From contig CAZRFE010000002.1 of the NCBI GenBank assembly GCA_964599565.1, positions 9,646-73,645 of the forward strand: a stretch of 64,000 nucleotides of DNA, given 5' to 3'. The notes below the pieces were generated by a model. The model saw only the letters and a program-made list of their open reading frames with translations. It was not told the DNA's origin and ran no database searches. The DNA is from an uncultured Gammaproteobacteria bacterium. Lineage in GTDB: Bacteria; Pseudomonadota; Gammaproteobacteria; Natronospirales; JAJUFS01. Of the stretch, positions 49,378 through 59,681 are shown in pieces. The translations under genes were made by a program, and so were the position numbers. Each line of letters opens with the position of its first letter. The first letter of the stretch is position 1.

Positions 49378-52300
49378 ATGCGGCTTCCACGCTGGGCAAG
49401 GCGATCGCTCGCCGCGCTGCTCGCGCTCGTGCTGCTCGTCGCGGCGATTCTCGTCGCGGCGTTCCACAGCGAAACGGCGTTTCGTTTCGCGCTGGACAGC
49501 GCACGTCCCTTCATTCCCGGCGAGATCGGGTATGCCGGCGTGCGCGGCACGCTGGCCGGGCCCGTGCATGTCGACGGTCTCGATTACCGCGTGGCGGGCA
49601 CGCACATCGAAGCGCGCATGCTCGCGTTCGATCTCTCGCCGTGGTCGCTGTTTCGCGCGCGCATCCGCATCGACCGCCTCGATGCGGAGGGATTGACCGT
49701 CACGCTCGCGGATGGCGATGCGCGCACCGACGATGCACCCGCGCGCCCGCGCGACATTCTTTCCGCGCTCGCGCTTCCCGTGCACATCCAGGCGCACGAC
49801 ATCAACGCAACCGATGCGCGCGTGCTCGGCGCCGACGGCAGGACGATCGTGGAACTCGATCATCTCCGGGCCGCGCTCGACTGGAACGATCAGCGCGCCG
49901 CGCTCACCGCGCTGGATGCATCGGGCCCGCAGTTCGACGTGAAAGGCGATCTCGTGCTTGCCCTGCAGGCGCCGAACGCCACGCGGCTTTCATTGCGCGG
50001 ACACTGGAAAGGCGCGTCGTTTCCGCTGCGCGCAACCATGCGCGGCGACGGCGACGCGAACGACATGGCGCTTGCCGTCGAACTCGAGGAACCGGCGCGC
50101 GCATCGCTCGACGCAAGGCTGCACGACCTGCTCGATGCGCCGTCATGGCAAGGCACGCTCCACGTCGCAGCGCTTGAACCCGCGGCATTCGCCGCCACGC
50201 TTCCCGCAACGACGCTGCGCGGTGAATTCCGTTTCGCGGGCGACTGGAGCGATACGCGCATCGAGGGGCGCGCCAGCGGCGACTGGCCGCCGGCGAACGG
50301 CATCGATGCGACAATCGACGCCGTGGTGAACGAGAAGCGCGTGCGCGTCGATGCATTGCACGGCCGCGTTGCCGCGTTCGATGCAACCTTCGATGCAAAG
50401 GGCGACATCGACTACGCCGATGCGCTCGCCTACCGTGCCGAGGGCACGATCGCGCGCTTCACCTGGCCTGGCCTTGAACCGTTCGCGCTTCGCGATGCGC
50501 GCTTCGATGGCCGCGGTGACGCGACGCGGCTGGATCTTTCACTCACCGCCCGTGCGGGCGCGAACGCCGCGGGACGCATCGCGTTCGACGGCGGGATTGC
50601 ATTCGCGGACCTGCGGGCGAACGCGGACATCAATGCAAGCGACCTGCGTTTCGCGTTCGACGGCACGACGCTGGAAGCCGCCACGGTCTCTGCGACCGTC
50701 TCCGGCACACCGGACGATTACACCGCAACGCTCGCAACACATCTTGGCGTCAACGAACTCCCGGCCGCGGACCTGACACTGCGCGCGCGCGGCAACCGCG
50801 CGCGCATCGATACAACCATCGATGCACTTGAATGGCTCGATGGCACGGCGAACGGGCGCGTGCTGATCGCGTGGCGCGACGGCATCGAGATCGATGCCGA
50901 TGTGCACGGCAAGGCGTTCGCGCTGGCGCACATCGATCCGCGCGTCGATGGCCACATCGGCGGACGTGTCAGCATGCATGCGGCACTCGCCGGCGATCAG
51001 CCGGATATCAGCGTGGACCTGCAGGCGCTGTCGGGCGAGGTCGCGGGCACCGCGCTCCAGGGCAGCGGCGCGCTGCGCCTTGCAGGCGGACGGCTGACGA
51101 CACGCGGCGTGAACATTAGCGCGGGCGATGCGCGGCTCGAGCTGGAAGACAGCGCGAAGGGTTTCGACTTTCACATCGACGTGCCCGCATTTTCGGACGT
51201 GCACGCCGCACTCGACGGGCGCGTGACGGCGCAGGGACATTTCGAAGGCAGTCTCGATGCACCGACCGTGCAGCTTTCGCTCGACGCGCACGATCTCGCA
51301 TGGCGCGACATGCGCGCCGCAGCGCTTCGCATCGATGCAGACATCCATGACGGTGGCATCGCGGCATCGACGTTGCGCATCGACGCCGGTGCGCTCGAAT
51401 CGTCGTGGGTGAAGGCGAATGCGCTCGCACTCGAACTTCGCGGCGATCGCGCAGCGCATCGCGTTGCCTTGAACATCGAGGGCGGCGGAAACGATGGCGC
51501 GGGTGCGCTCGAGTTCGCGGCGAACGGTGCGTGGCGCGATTCGCAATGGCGCGGGCGCATCGACGCCTTGCACGTCATGCATCCCGCAACCGGTGCGTGG
51601 CAGCTCGATGCGCCTTCCCGCGAGGAGATCGTCATCGGCGGGAACATCGCGAGCGCGCCGGAGCATTGCCTGCAGGGTCCCTCGGGGCGCGCGTGCATCG
51701 GTCCTGTGCACCGGTCGCCCGATGCGTTTCGCATGAACGCGAACCTGCAGCAGCTTCCGGTCGGCATCGTCGCAGGCCTGCTGCCGGCGGGTCTCGATTA
51801 CGGCGGCGCGGTGAGCGGCGAGATGCACATCGCATCCACGCCGGCGGGCTTCGACGGCAGCGGCGAATTCCGTCTCGGTGCGGGCGCGGTGCGCCAGGCG
51901 GGCGATGACGCGGAAACCCTGCTCGGCTGGGAATCCGGCCATGCGCGCGTGAACTTCGACGGAAAGCTCGCGCGCGGCGAACTCGCCATCGAGCTGCTGC
52001 AAGGCGATCGCATCACCGGCAGCGGCACGCTTGAGCGCATCACGAACGGCAAGGACAGCGACACGCGAATCGATGCGCGCCTTGATGCATCGATCGGAAA
52101 CCTCGGCATCATTCCGGCACTCGTCCCGGAACTGAGCGATCTGCGCGGTCACGTGGACGCCGGCCTTCGCGTCGACGGCCCGCTGCGCGAACCGCGCATC
52201 CGCGGCGAGGCATCGCTGCGCGATGGCAGCGCGCGCGTGCTCGCGCTCGGTACGGAATGGCGCGAGATGGAATTCACGCTTCACGCGGAAGGCCGTGAAA

Positions 52301-53316
52301 TTTCCCTGGAAGGACACGCCGCGTCCGGCGACGGCCACATCGATGTTCGCCTCGAGGCGCGCGATGCCGGCACGCGTCTCACCGGCAAGGCCGCGCTGAC
52401 GGGCGAGAACTTCAAGGCCATCAGCACGCCGGAAGCGGATGTCGACATATCCCCGAATCTCAATCTCGCGCTGGACGGCAACGATCTTTTCATCGACGGC
52501 AGCGTGTTCGTGCCGTATGCGCGCATCACGCCGCGCGACCTTTCCACCGCCGCGCAGGCAAGCCCGGACCAGGTGATCGTGAACGCAGAGGATGCGGCGA
52601 ACGACGACCTGCGCGTGCACGCGGCGGTGACGACACAGCTCGGCGACGATGTGCGCGTGGATGCGTTCGGACTCGCCGCGCGGCTCGAAGGACGCCTGAC
52701 GGTTGCAAAGCTTCCCGGGAATCCCGCCACCGGCAACGGACGGCTCATCGTCGCCGAGGGACAGTACGAGGCGTACGGCCAGGACCTCACGCTTGCGAAA
52801 GGCGAACTCATCTATACCGGCCAGCCCCTGTCGAATCCCGGCCTCGATGTGCGCGCGGAACGCAAACCGCAAGCAGACATCATGGTCGGCGTCGCCGTGC
52901 GCGGGCCGCTGTCGCAACCCGCCACAAGCGTCTACTCCGATCCCGCGATGCCGCAGACGCAGGCACTCGCCTACCTGCTGTTCGGCCGCTCGATAGAACA
53001 GGCGACGGGCGAGGAAGAAGGACAGATCAGCGAAGCGGCGATCGCGCTCGGTCTTGGCGGGCAGAAACTGCTTGGCAACGTCGGACGCAAGCTCGGCGTC
53101 GAGGAGTTCCGCGTCGAGGAAGTCAGCGACCGCGAACGCGCGGCGCTCGTGCTCGGCAAATACCTTTCGCCGGATCTTTACGTCAGTTACGGCATCGGCC
53201 TCTTTGATGCGGTGAACACCGCGCGCATCCGTTACCGCATTTCAAGCAAGTGGACGCTGGAGGCGACATCGGGACTGAAGAGCAGCGCGGATTTCATCTA
53301 CACCATAGAAAGATAG
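49378..53316 (+). CDS. tamB: Translocation and assembly module subunit TamB
   Basis: It has an N-terminal anchor (SLAALLALVLLVAAILVAAF), about 1300 aa of repetitive beta-rich sequence, and a DUF490-type C-terminus (GKYLSPDLYVSYGIGLFD…RIRYRISSKWTLEATSG). The start could instead be the GTG at 49366. Confidence 0.85.
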   Translation: MRLPRWARRSLAALLALVLLVAAILVAAFHSETAFRFALDSARPFIPGEIGYAGVRGTLAGPVHVDGLDYRVAGTHIEARMLAFDLSPWSLFRARIRIDRLDAEGLTVTLADGDARTDDAPARPRDILSALALPVHIQAHDINATDARVLGADGRTIVELDHLRAALDWNDQRAALTALDASGPQFDVKGDLVLALQAPNATRLSLRGHWKGASFPLRATMRGDGDANDMALAVELEEPARASLDARLHDLLDAPSWQGTLHVAALEPAAFAATLPATTLRGEFRFAGDWSDTRIEGRASGDWPPANGIDATIDAVVNEKRVRVDALHGRVAAFDATFDAKGDIDYADALAYRAEGTIARFTWPGLEPFALRDARFDGRGDATRLDLSLTARAGANAAGRIAFDGGIAFADLRANADINASDLRFAFDGTTLEAATVSATVSGTPDDYTATLATHLGVNELPAADLTLRARGNRARIDTTIDALEWLDGTANGRVLIAWRDGIEIDADVHGKAFALAHIDPRVDGHIGGRVSMHAALAGDQPDISVDLQALSGEVAGTALQGSGALRLAGGRLTTRGVNISAGDARLELEDSAKGFDFHIDVPAFSDVHAALDGRVTAQGHFEGSLDAPTVQLSLDAHDLAWRDMRAAALRIDADIHDGGIAASTLRIDAGALESSWVKANALALELRGDRAAHRVALNIEGGGNDGAGALEFAANGAWRDSQWRGRIDALHVMHPATGAWQLDAPSREEIVIGGNIASAPEHCLQGPSGRACIGPVHRSPDAFRMNANLQQLPVGIVAGLLPAGLDYGGAVSGEMHIASTPAGFDGSGEFRLGAGAVRQAGDDAETLLGWESGHARVNFDGKLARGELAIELLQGDRITGSGTLERITNGKDSDTRIDARLDASIGNLGIIPALVPELSDLRGHVDAGLRVDGPLREPRIRGEASLRDGSARVLALGTEWREMEFTLHAEGREISLEGHAASGDGHIDVRLEARDAGTRLTGKAALTGENFKAISTPEADVDISPNLNLALDGNDLFIDGSVFVPYARITPRDLSTAAQASPDQVIVNAEDAANDDLRVHAAVTTQLGDDVRVDAFGLAARLEGRLTVAKLPGNPATGNGRLIVAEGQYEAYGQDLTLAKGELIYTGQPLSNPGLDVRAERKPQADIMVGVAVRGPLSQPATSVYSDPAMPQTQALAYLLFGRSIEQATGEEEGQISEAAIALGLGGQKLLGNVGRKLGVEEFRVEEVSDRERAALVLGKYLSPDLYVSYGIGLFDAVNTARIRYRISSKWTLEATSGLKSSADFIYTIER

Positions 53317-53324
53317 CGACGCGG

Positions 53325-53993
53325 TCAGGGACTGAACGCCTTCACGAGGAAATTCCTCACCGCCACCACCTCCTCCGCGCACACCGAATGCGGCATGTCG
53401 TATTCATGCCACTGCGGTGCATAGCCTTCCGCTTCCAGGTAATCGCGCGTCTCGATGCCAAGTGCGAGCGGCACGACGGGATCCTGTCGGCCGTGCGCAA
53501 GAAACAGCGGGATGTCGCGGTTTCCTGGATTGAAATGCATGCCGGTCGCTTCGGGCGACATCAGGAACGTGGACAGCCCGAGCACGCAGGCCAGCCGGTG
53601 CGAGCCTGCAAGCGCGGCGGCAAGCGCGAGCGCACCGCCCTGGGAGAAGCCCGCAAGCGCGATGCGCTCCGCGGGCACGCCGCGTTCGCCTTCGCGCGCG
53701 ATCAGCGCATCGATCGCCGCCATCGCCTTGAACAGCCCTTCGCGATCCAGCGGTCCCTTGCGTTCAAGGCTGGTGATGTCGAACCACGCGCGCATGCGGT
53801 AGCCGCCATTCAGCGTCACGGGCCGCACCGGGGCGTGCGGGAAGATGAAACGCACCGCGAGTTCCGCGGGCAGCGCAAGCTCGGGGATCAAGGGCTCGAA
53901 GTCATGGCCGTCCGCGCCGAGCCCGTGCAGCCAGATGATGGTGTGTTCCGCGGCTGCGGGTCCGTGTTCGACAGTCTGCAGTTCCCGTGACAT
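53325..53993 (-). CDS. Phospholipase/carboxylesterase-family alpha/beta hydrolase
   Basis: IIWLHGLGADGHDF…LAGFSQGGALAL…AHGRQDPVVP…MPHSV matches the Ser-Asp-His pattern of the PF02230-type family. Confidence 0.8.
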   Translation of the reverse strand: MSRELQTVEHGPAAAEHTIIWLHGLGADGHDFEPLIPELALPAELAVRFIFPHAPVRPVTLNGGYRMRAWFDITSLERKGPLDREGLFKAMAAIDALIAREGERGVPAERIALAGFSQGGALALAAALAGSHRLACVLGLSTFLMSPEATGMHFNPGNRDIPLFLAHGRQDPVVPLALGIETRDYLEAEGYAPQWHEYDMPHSVCAEEVVAVRNFLVKAFSP

Positions 53994-54090
53994 AAGCCCT
54001 CCGTCCTGCGGCGTTCCGGCAGCGAATTGCCGCTGCCCGCCACCACAGCCGTATGGTAACTTGACGCCCTTTCTAATCGGAGAAAAAACC

Positions 54091-54837
54091 ATGCTCGAGC
54101 AGCTCGCGAATCCGGAGATCTGGGTGGCGCTGGTCACACTGTCGCTGCTCGAGATCGTGCTTGGCATCGACAACATCATTTTCATTTCCATCATCAGCGG
54201 CAAGCTGCCGCAGGAGCAGCAGGCGCGTGCGCGCCAGCTCGGCCTGATGGGCGCGGTCGTCACGCGTCTCGCGCTGCTCGCCTCCGTGTTCTGGCTCGCG
54301 AAGCTCACCAATCCGCTGTTCAGCGTGTTCGGTCATGAAATTTCCGTGCGCGATCTCGTGCTGATCGGCGGCGGACTTTTCCTGCTCGCGAAGAGCACGT
54401 TCGAGATACACGGCAGCCTCGAGGTCGAGGGCAGCGAGACGCCGCACACGCCGAAGCACATCTCGTTCTGGTCCGTGATCGTGCAGATCATGATTCTCGA
54501 CATCGTGTTCTCGCTCGATTCCGTCATCACCGCCATCGGCATGGCGGACGTGCTGTGGGTGATGGCTGCCGCGATCATCATCGCCGTCGCCGTGATGCTG
54601 ATGTTCGCGGGCGTGATCAGCGATTTCGTGCACCGGCACCCGACCATCAAGATGCTCGCGCTGTCCTTCCTGATACTGATCGGCGTTGCACTCGTCGGCG
54701 AAGGCCTGGAGATGCACATTCCGAAGGGTTACATCTACTTCGCGATGGCGTTCTCGCTCGCCGTCGAGATGCTCAACATGCGGCTGCGCAAGCAGCCGGT
54801 GCGCACCGCGGAACCGAACAAGAAACCCGCGCGCTGA
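54091..54837 (+). CDS. TerC-family integral membrane protein
   Basis: LLEIVLGIDNIIFISI…ILDIVFSLDSVITAIGM carries the two TerC DN/DS motifs. Confidence 0.9.
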   Translation: MLEQLANPEIWVALVTLSLLEIVLGIDNIIFISIISGKLPQEQQARARQLGLMGAVVTRLALLASVFWLAKLTNPLFSVFGHEISVRDLVLIGGGLFLLAKSTFEIHGSLEVEGSETPHTPKHISFWSVIVQIMILDIVFSLDSVITAIGMADVLWVMAAAIIIAVAVMLMFAGVISDFVHRHPTIKMLALSFLILIGVALVGEGLEMHIPKGYIYFAMAFSLAVEMLNMRLRKQPVRTAEPNKKPAR

Positions 54838-55386
54838 ATGCATCCCGAGCTTCATACGCGGCGGCTGCGCATGCAGCCGCTGCATGCGCAGCACGGCGAC
54901 GCGCTGTTTGCGCTGTCCCGCGATCCCGAGGTGATGCGTTACTCCAGCCTGCCGCCGCAGTCGCGCGCCGAGACCGACGCGCTGCTCGCGCGCTGGATCG
55001 CGGAAGGTCGCGAAGGCAGGTCATGCTGCTGGATGTTGTTCGATGCGGATCGTTTCATCGGCCAGGTATCGCTGTTCGGCATCGATCACGACAATCATCG
55101 CGCCGAGATCGGCTACCTGCTCATGCGTGATGCGTGGAGCCTCGGTTACGCGAGCGAAGCCATTCCCGCCGCGATTCGCCATGCCTTTGGCCGGCTCGCG
55201 CTCTGCCGTCTGGAAGCCGACGTCGATCCCGGCAACCTCGCATCCTCGCGCGTGCTCGAGAAGAACGGCTTTCGCCGCGAAGGCTTCCTGCCAAAACGCT
55301 GGTTCAAGGACGGACGCTTCCATGATGCATGGCTTTACGGCCTGCTGAACGAGCGGCGCATCAACCAGCTGTCGCGGGCGACATGA
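54838..55386 (+). CDS. GNAT-family N-acetyltransferase (RimJ/RimL-like)
   Basis: LHTRRLRMQPL…AEIGYLLMRDAWSLGYASEA…NLASSRVLEKNGFRREG is present. The ATG directly abuts the terC stop. Confidence 0.8.
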   Translation: MHPELHTRRLRMQPLHAQHGDALFALSRDPEVMRYSSLPPQSRAETDALLARWIAEGREGRSCCWMLFDADRFIGQVSLFGIDHDNHRAEIGYLLMRDAWSLGYASEAIPAAIRHAFGRLALCRLEADVDPGNLASSRVLEKNGFRREGFLPKRWFKDGRFHDAWLYGLLNERRINQLSRAT

Positions 55387-56048
55387 AGACGCCTGTCGTC
55401 ATGGCCTGGAGCGGTGGCAAGGATTCCGCGCTCGCACTGTGGCGCCTGCGCAACGATCCGCGTTACACCGTCGTCGCGCTGCTCACGACACTCTCGGAAC
55501 CGTACCGGCGCATCGTCATGCATGGCGTACGTGAGAACGTGCTTGACGCGCAGGCGGCAGCCATCGGCCTGCCGCTGGCGAAGATCTGGTTGTCCGCGAA
55601 GCCCGGCAACGATGAATATGAAGCGAAGATGGGCGCGGCGCTGCGCGCGTTCCATGATCGCGGCGTTCGCCACGTCGCGCACGGCGATCTCTTTCTTGAA
55701 GACGTGCGCGCCTTCCGTGACGCCAATCTCGCGCGCCTCGGCATGAGAGGCGTCTATCCGCTGTGGGGCGAAGACACGCGCGCGCTTGCGCGCACCTTCA
55801 CGCACCGCGGCTTCAAGGCGATTCTTTCATGCGTGGATGGCGAGAAGCTCGGGCCGCAGTTCGCCGGGCGCGAGTTCGATCATGCCCTGCAGCAGGACCT
55901 GCCGGCCGGCGTCGATCCGTGCGGGGAATACGGCGAGTTTCATTCCTGCGTCTATGCGGGACCCATCCTGCGCACGCCGCTGGCATTGGTGCGAGGCGCG
56001 CGCGTCACGCGCCTCGAACGGTTTCATTACTGCGATCTTCTTGTCTGA
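55383..56048 (+). CDS. PP-loop ATP pyrophosphatase, Dph6/MJ0570-like (adenine nucleotide alpha-hydrolase)
   Basis: The N-terminal PP-loop is VMAWSGGKDSALAL. The C-terminal motif is CGEYGEFHS. It has an ATGA overlap with the GNAT gene. Confidence 0.75.
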   Translation: MKTPVVMAWSGGKDSALALWRLRNDPRYTVVALLTTLSEPYRRIVMHGVRENVLDAQAAAIGLPLAKIWLSAKPGNDEYEAKMGAALRAFHDRGVRHVAHGDLFLEDVRAFRDANLARLGMRGVYPLWGEDTRALARTFTHRGFKAILSCVDGEKLGPQFAGREFDHALQQDLPAGVDPCGEYGEFHSCVYAGPILRTPLALVRGARVTRLERFHYCDLLV

Positions 56049-56692
56049 TCGCGCGCCGCGCGCGCAACCAGTCCGTCTTCCGTCATCACGACCTCGTATC
56101 TCGCACCGTCGCGCATCGGCATGTACGCCGCGCTGCCGTAGATCGTGTCGACAAACGGCAGAAGATTTCCGTATTCCTGCGAGACCTGCCAGACGTCGAT
56201 GCCTTTCTCGCGCTCGCTGAGCCCGTAGATGCTGCGTGCGGCCTGCTGCTCGTCGCGCGTTTTCGTGTAGCGTCCGCTGAAACGCTCAAGCCGATAGCGC
56301 GGGTCGAGGCCGAGCATCGCGCCTGCGCCCTTCCATTTCAGCACGCGCGCATCGAGCTGCCATTCATCGCCGTGCACGCCGAATGCGCGCTCGTTGCCGT
56401 CCGCGGTCTGAAGCAATGCCTGGTAATGCTGCGGACCGATCTGCTGGAACGCGAGTATCGCAACCGGTTCCTCGTAGTTGAGGCGGTGATAGGTGTGCAC
56501 GTTCATGCCGATGGCGGCAAGCGCAAGCGCGATCGCGCCGATGGCGGCGCCGAATGCGCCGCGTACCGGGCCGCGCAGGAAATGGCCGCGCAGGAAACGC
56601 ACGATGCCGCTTGAGAACAGCCACAGTCCGACAGCGGCCAGCACGCCGATCACGGCAAGCCAGTAGATTCCAAGTCCGAGTACGTCGTGCAT
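56027..56692 (-). CDS. Hypothetical membrane protein (2 N-terminal TM segments plus a soluble domain)
   Basis: 221-aa ORF with the TM segments LGIYWLAVIGVLAAVGLWLF and FGAAIGAIALALAAIGM. No recognised family. Confidence 0.55.
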   Translation of the reverse strand: MHDVLGLGIYWLAVIGVLAAVGLWLFSSGIVRFLRGHFLRGPVRGAFGAAIGAIALALAAIGMNVHTYHRLNYEEPVAILAFQQIGPQHYQALLQTADGNERAFGVHGDEWQLDARVLKWKGAGAMLGLDPRYRLERFSGRYTKTRDEQQAARSIYGLSEREKGIDVWQVSQEYGNLLPFVDTIYGSAAYMPMRDGARYEVVMTEDGLVARAARDQTRRSQ

Positions 56693-56755
56693 GGCGCCTC
56701 CCGCGGGGATTCTCCGCAGGGTTTATACTGCCGCAAATTTCACGGGGCCGCGAAG

Positions 56756-56932
56756 ATGCAGTACACCTTATATATGAGAACGCTGCTGTTCGCCGTGCTG
56801 GCGCTCCTCGCGTCCGCCTGCGGGCAGAAAGGCCCGCTCGTCGCACCGCCCGGCGACCCCGCGATCGAGGCGCAGACCGTGCCCGGCGATATGCCGGCCG
56901 ATGACATGACGATTGAAGAAATCCATGACTGA
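56756..56932 (+). CDS. Small lipoprotein, LptM/YifL-like
   Basis: MRTLLFAVLALLASACGQKGPL carries the lipobox followed by the C-G-x-K-G-P-L signature I associate with YifL/LptM. The start is ATG 56756 or 56774. It overlaps the polA start. Confidence 0.6.
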   Translation: MQYTLYMRTLLFAVLALLASACGQKGPLVAPPGDPAIEAQTVPGDMPADDMTIEEIHD

Positions 56933-59681
56933 CAATGCAACCCGCCCGTTCGTGATGGTGGATGGTTCGTCCTATCTCTATCGCGCCTTCCATGCACTGC
57001 CGCCGCTTTCGAATTCGCGCGGCGAACCCACCGGCGCGCTTTACGGCGTGGCGAACATGCTGCGCCGGCTGCCGCAGGAATACGGCACGGACAATGTCGT
57101 CGTGGTGTTCGATGCGAAAGGCCCGACGTTCCGCGATGAACTCTTCAAGGAATACAAGGCGCACCGCCCGCCGATGCCCGACGATCTGCGCGCGCAGATC
57201 GAACCCCTGAACGAGCTTGTCGAAGCGCTCGGCTTTCCGATCCTGCGCATTCCCGGCGTCGAGGCCGACGACGTGATCGGCACGCTCGCGATGCAGGCGC
57301 TGAAGCAGGCGATTCCCGTCGTGATCTCCACCGGCGACAAGGACATGGCGCAGCTTGTCGCGCCCGGCATCACGCTCGTCAACACCATGACGAACCGGAC
57401 CATGGATCGCGACGGCGTGAAGGAGAAGTTCGATGTCTGGCCCGAGCAGGTCATCGATTACCTCGCGCTGGTCGGCGATACCTCCGACAACATTCCCGGC
57501 GTGCCGAAGGTCGGGCCGAAGACCGCGGCGAAATGGCTGAACGAACACGGCACGCTGGAAGAGATCATCCGCAACGCCGCGAACATCACCGGCAAGGTCG
57601 GCGAAAGCCTGCGCGACAACCTCGCGCAGCTTGCGCTGTCGAAGGAGCTGGCAACGATCCGCTGCGATGTTGCGCTGGATCGCGCGCCCGCGGATCTCGT
57701 GATGCAGCCGCAGGCAACGGAACGGCTGCGCGAGCTGTTCACGCGCTTCGAGTTCAAGGCCTGGCTTCGCCAGCTTGATGAAACGCCCGGCGATGCAAGA
57801 GCAACCGTGGTGACGGAAACCGTCGTTGCAGCGTCGGGCGGAACCGCGGCAGCGGAATCCGCCACCGTCATGCGCGGCGATTACGAGATCATCTTCACGC
57901 GGGATGCATTCGATGCGTGGCTGAAGAAACTCGAAGCCGCGGATCTCATCGCGTTCGACACCGAAACCACGTCGCTCAATTACATGGACGCCGAGATCGT
58001 CGGCGTGTCGTTCGCCATCGAAGCCGGCAAGGCCGCGTACGTTCCGCTCGCGCACGACTACATGGATGCACCCGCGCAGCTTGACCGCGCGGAGATTCTC
58101 GGCGCACTGAAACCGGTGCTTGAAGATCCGCGCAGGCGAAAGCTCGGCCAGCACCTCAAGTACGACATGCACGTGCTGCTCAACCACGGTGTGCGCCTCG
58201 CCGGTTTCGCGCACGACACCATGCTCGAATCCTACGTGCTCAATTCCACCGCGAGCCGCCACGACATGGACACGCTCGCGCTCGCGCATCTCGGCGTGCA
58301 GACGGTCACGTTCGAGGAAATCGCGGGCAAGGGAAAGAAGCAGCTCACCTTCAATGAAATCCGCATCGAGGACGCGGGGCCGTACGCCGCGGAAGACGCG
58401 GACATCACGCTTCGCCTGCACGAGACGCTGTATCCGCGTCTTGCGAAGGAACCCGCACTTCGCACGCTCTATGCAGACATGGAAATTCCGCTCGCGCCAG
58501 TGCTGATGCAGATGGAGCACGACGGCGTGCTCATCGACCGCCAGCAGCTTGCGGACCAGAGCCACGAGCTCGAGATGAAGATGGCGGATCTCGTGCGCCA
58601 GTCATACGAGGCCGCGGGCCGCGAGTTCAACCTCGGCTCGCCGAAACAGCTGCAGCAGATCCTGTTCGAGGAACTGAAGATTCCCGTGATCCGCAAGACG
58701 CCGACGGGCCAGCCGTCGACCGCGGAAGACGTGCTCACGGAACTCGCGGATGACTACGCGCTGCCGCGGCTCATCATCGAGCACCGCGGCATGTCGAAGC
58801 TGAAGTCGACGTATACCGACAAGCTGCCGGAAATGATCAACGCGAGGACCGGCCGCGTGCACACCTCGTATCACCAGGCGGTCGCGGCGACGGGCCGGCT
58901 GTCATCCGCGGACCCGAACCTGCAGAACATTCCCATCCGCACCGCGGAAGGTCGCCGCATCCGCCAGGCGTTCATCGCGCCGGACGGCGCGAAGCTGCTC
59001 GCCGCGGACTACTCGCAGATCGAGCTTCGGATCATGGCGCACCTCTCGGGCGATGCGGGCCTGCTTGGCGCATTCAAGGACGAACTCGACATTCACCGCG
59101 CAACCGCCGCAGAAATTCGCGGCAAGTCACCGGCCGAGGTGACGGACGAGGAACGCCGCGCGGCGAAGGCGATCAACTTCGGCCTCATCTACGGCATGTC
59201 CGCGTTCGGTCTTGCCAGGCAGCTCGGCGTCGGCCGCAATGAAGCGCAGCAGTACGTCGATCTCTATTTCGATCGCTATCCCGGCGTGAAGGCGTACATG
59301 GACGACACGCGCGCGCTGGCCCGCGAACAGGGTTACGTCGAAACGGTGTTCGGTCGCCGGCTCTACCTGCCGGACATCAAGGCGCGCAACGCGCAGCTGC
59401 GCCAGTATGCCGAGCGCACCGCGATCAACGCGCCCATGCAGGGCACGGCGGCGGACATCATCAAGCGCGCGATGCTCGCACTTGCCGCGTGGCTGCCGCG
59501 TTCGGGGCTGGATGCGCGGATGATCATGCAGGTGCACGACGAACTCGTCTTCGAGGTCGCGGAAAAGGACGCGGAAAAACTGCGCGCGGGCGTCGTGGAG
59601 CATATGTGCGCCGCAGCAAGCCTGAATGTGCCGCTGAAGGTGGAAACCGGCGTCGGCGACAACTGGGACGAGGCGCATTAG
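56925..59681 (+). CDS. polA: DNA polymerase I
   Basis: The 5' nuclease (VDGSSYLYRAFHA), the 3'-5' exonuclease (AFDTETTSL) and the polymerase motifs (DYSQIELR, RRAAKAINFGLIYG, QVHDELVFE) are all present. Confidence 0.95.
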   Translation: MTDNATRPFVMVDGSSYLYRAFHALPPLSNSRGEPTGALYGVANMLRRLPQEYGTDNVVVVFDAKGPTFRDELFKEYKAHRPPMPDDLRAQIEPLNELVEALGFPILRIPGVEADDVIGTLAMQALKQAIPVVISTGDKDMAQLVAPGITLVNTMTNRTMDRDGVKEKFDVWPEQVIDYLALVGDTSDNIPGVPKVGPKTAAKWLNEHGTLEEIIRNAANITGKVGESLRDNLAQLALSKELATIRCDVALDRAPADLVMQPQATERLRELFTRFEFKAWLRQLDETPGDARATVVTETVVAASGGTAAAESATVMRGDYEIIFTRDAFDAWLKKLEAADLIAFDTETTSLNYMDAEIVGVSFAIEAGKAAYVPLAHDYMDAPAQLDRAEILGALKPVLEDPRRRKLGQHLKYDMHVLLNHGVRLAGFAHDTMLESYVLNSTASRHDMDTLALAHLGVQTVTFEEIAGKGKKQLTFNEIRIEDAGPYAAEDADITLRLHETLYPRLAKEPALRTLYADMEIPLAPVLMQMEHDGVLIDRQQLADQSHELEMKMADLVRQSYEAAGREFNLGSPKQLQQILFEELKIPVIRKTPTGQPSTAEDVLTELADDYALPRLIIEHRGMSKLKSTYTDKLPEMINARTGRVHTSYHQAVAATGRLSSADPNLQNIPIRTAEGRRIRQAFIAPDGAKLLAADYSQIELRIMAHLSGDAGLLGAFKDELDIHRATAAEIRGKSPAEVTDEERRAAKAINFGLIYGMSAFGLARQLGVGRNEAQQYVDLYFDRYPGVKAYMDDTRALAREQGYVETVFGRRLYLPDIKARNAQLRQYAERTAINAPMQGTAADIIKRAMLALAAWLPRSGLDARMIMQVHDELVFEVAEKDAEKLRAGVVEHMCAAASLNVPLKVETGVGDNWDEAH

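Noticed and set aside
53994-54090. A possible yybP-ykoY (Mn2+) riboswitch, which often precedes TerC-family genes.
   Set aside because: The 97-nt upstream region shows none of the conserved motif features I remember for that riboswitch, and it has no terminator or sequestering hairpin.
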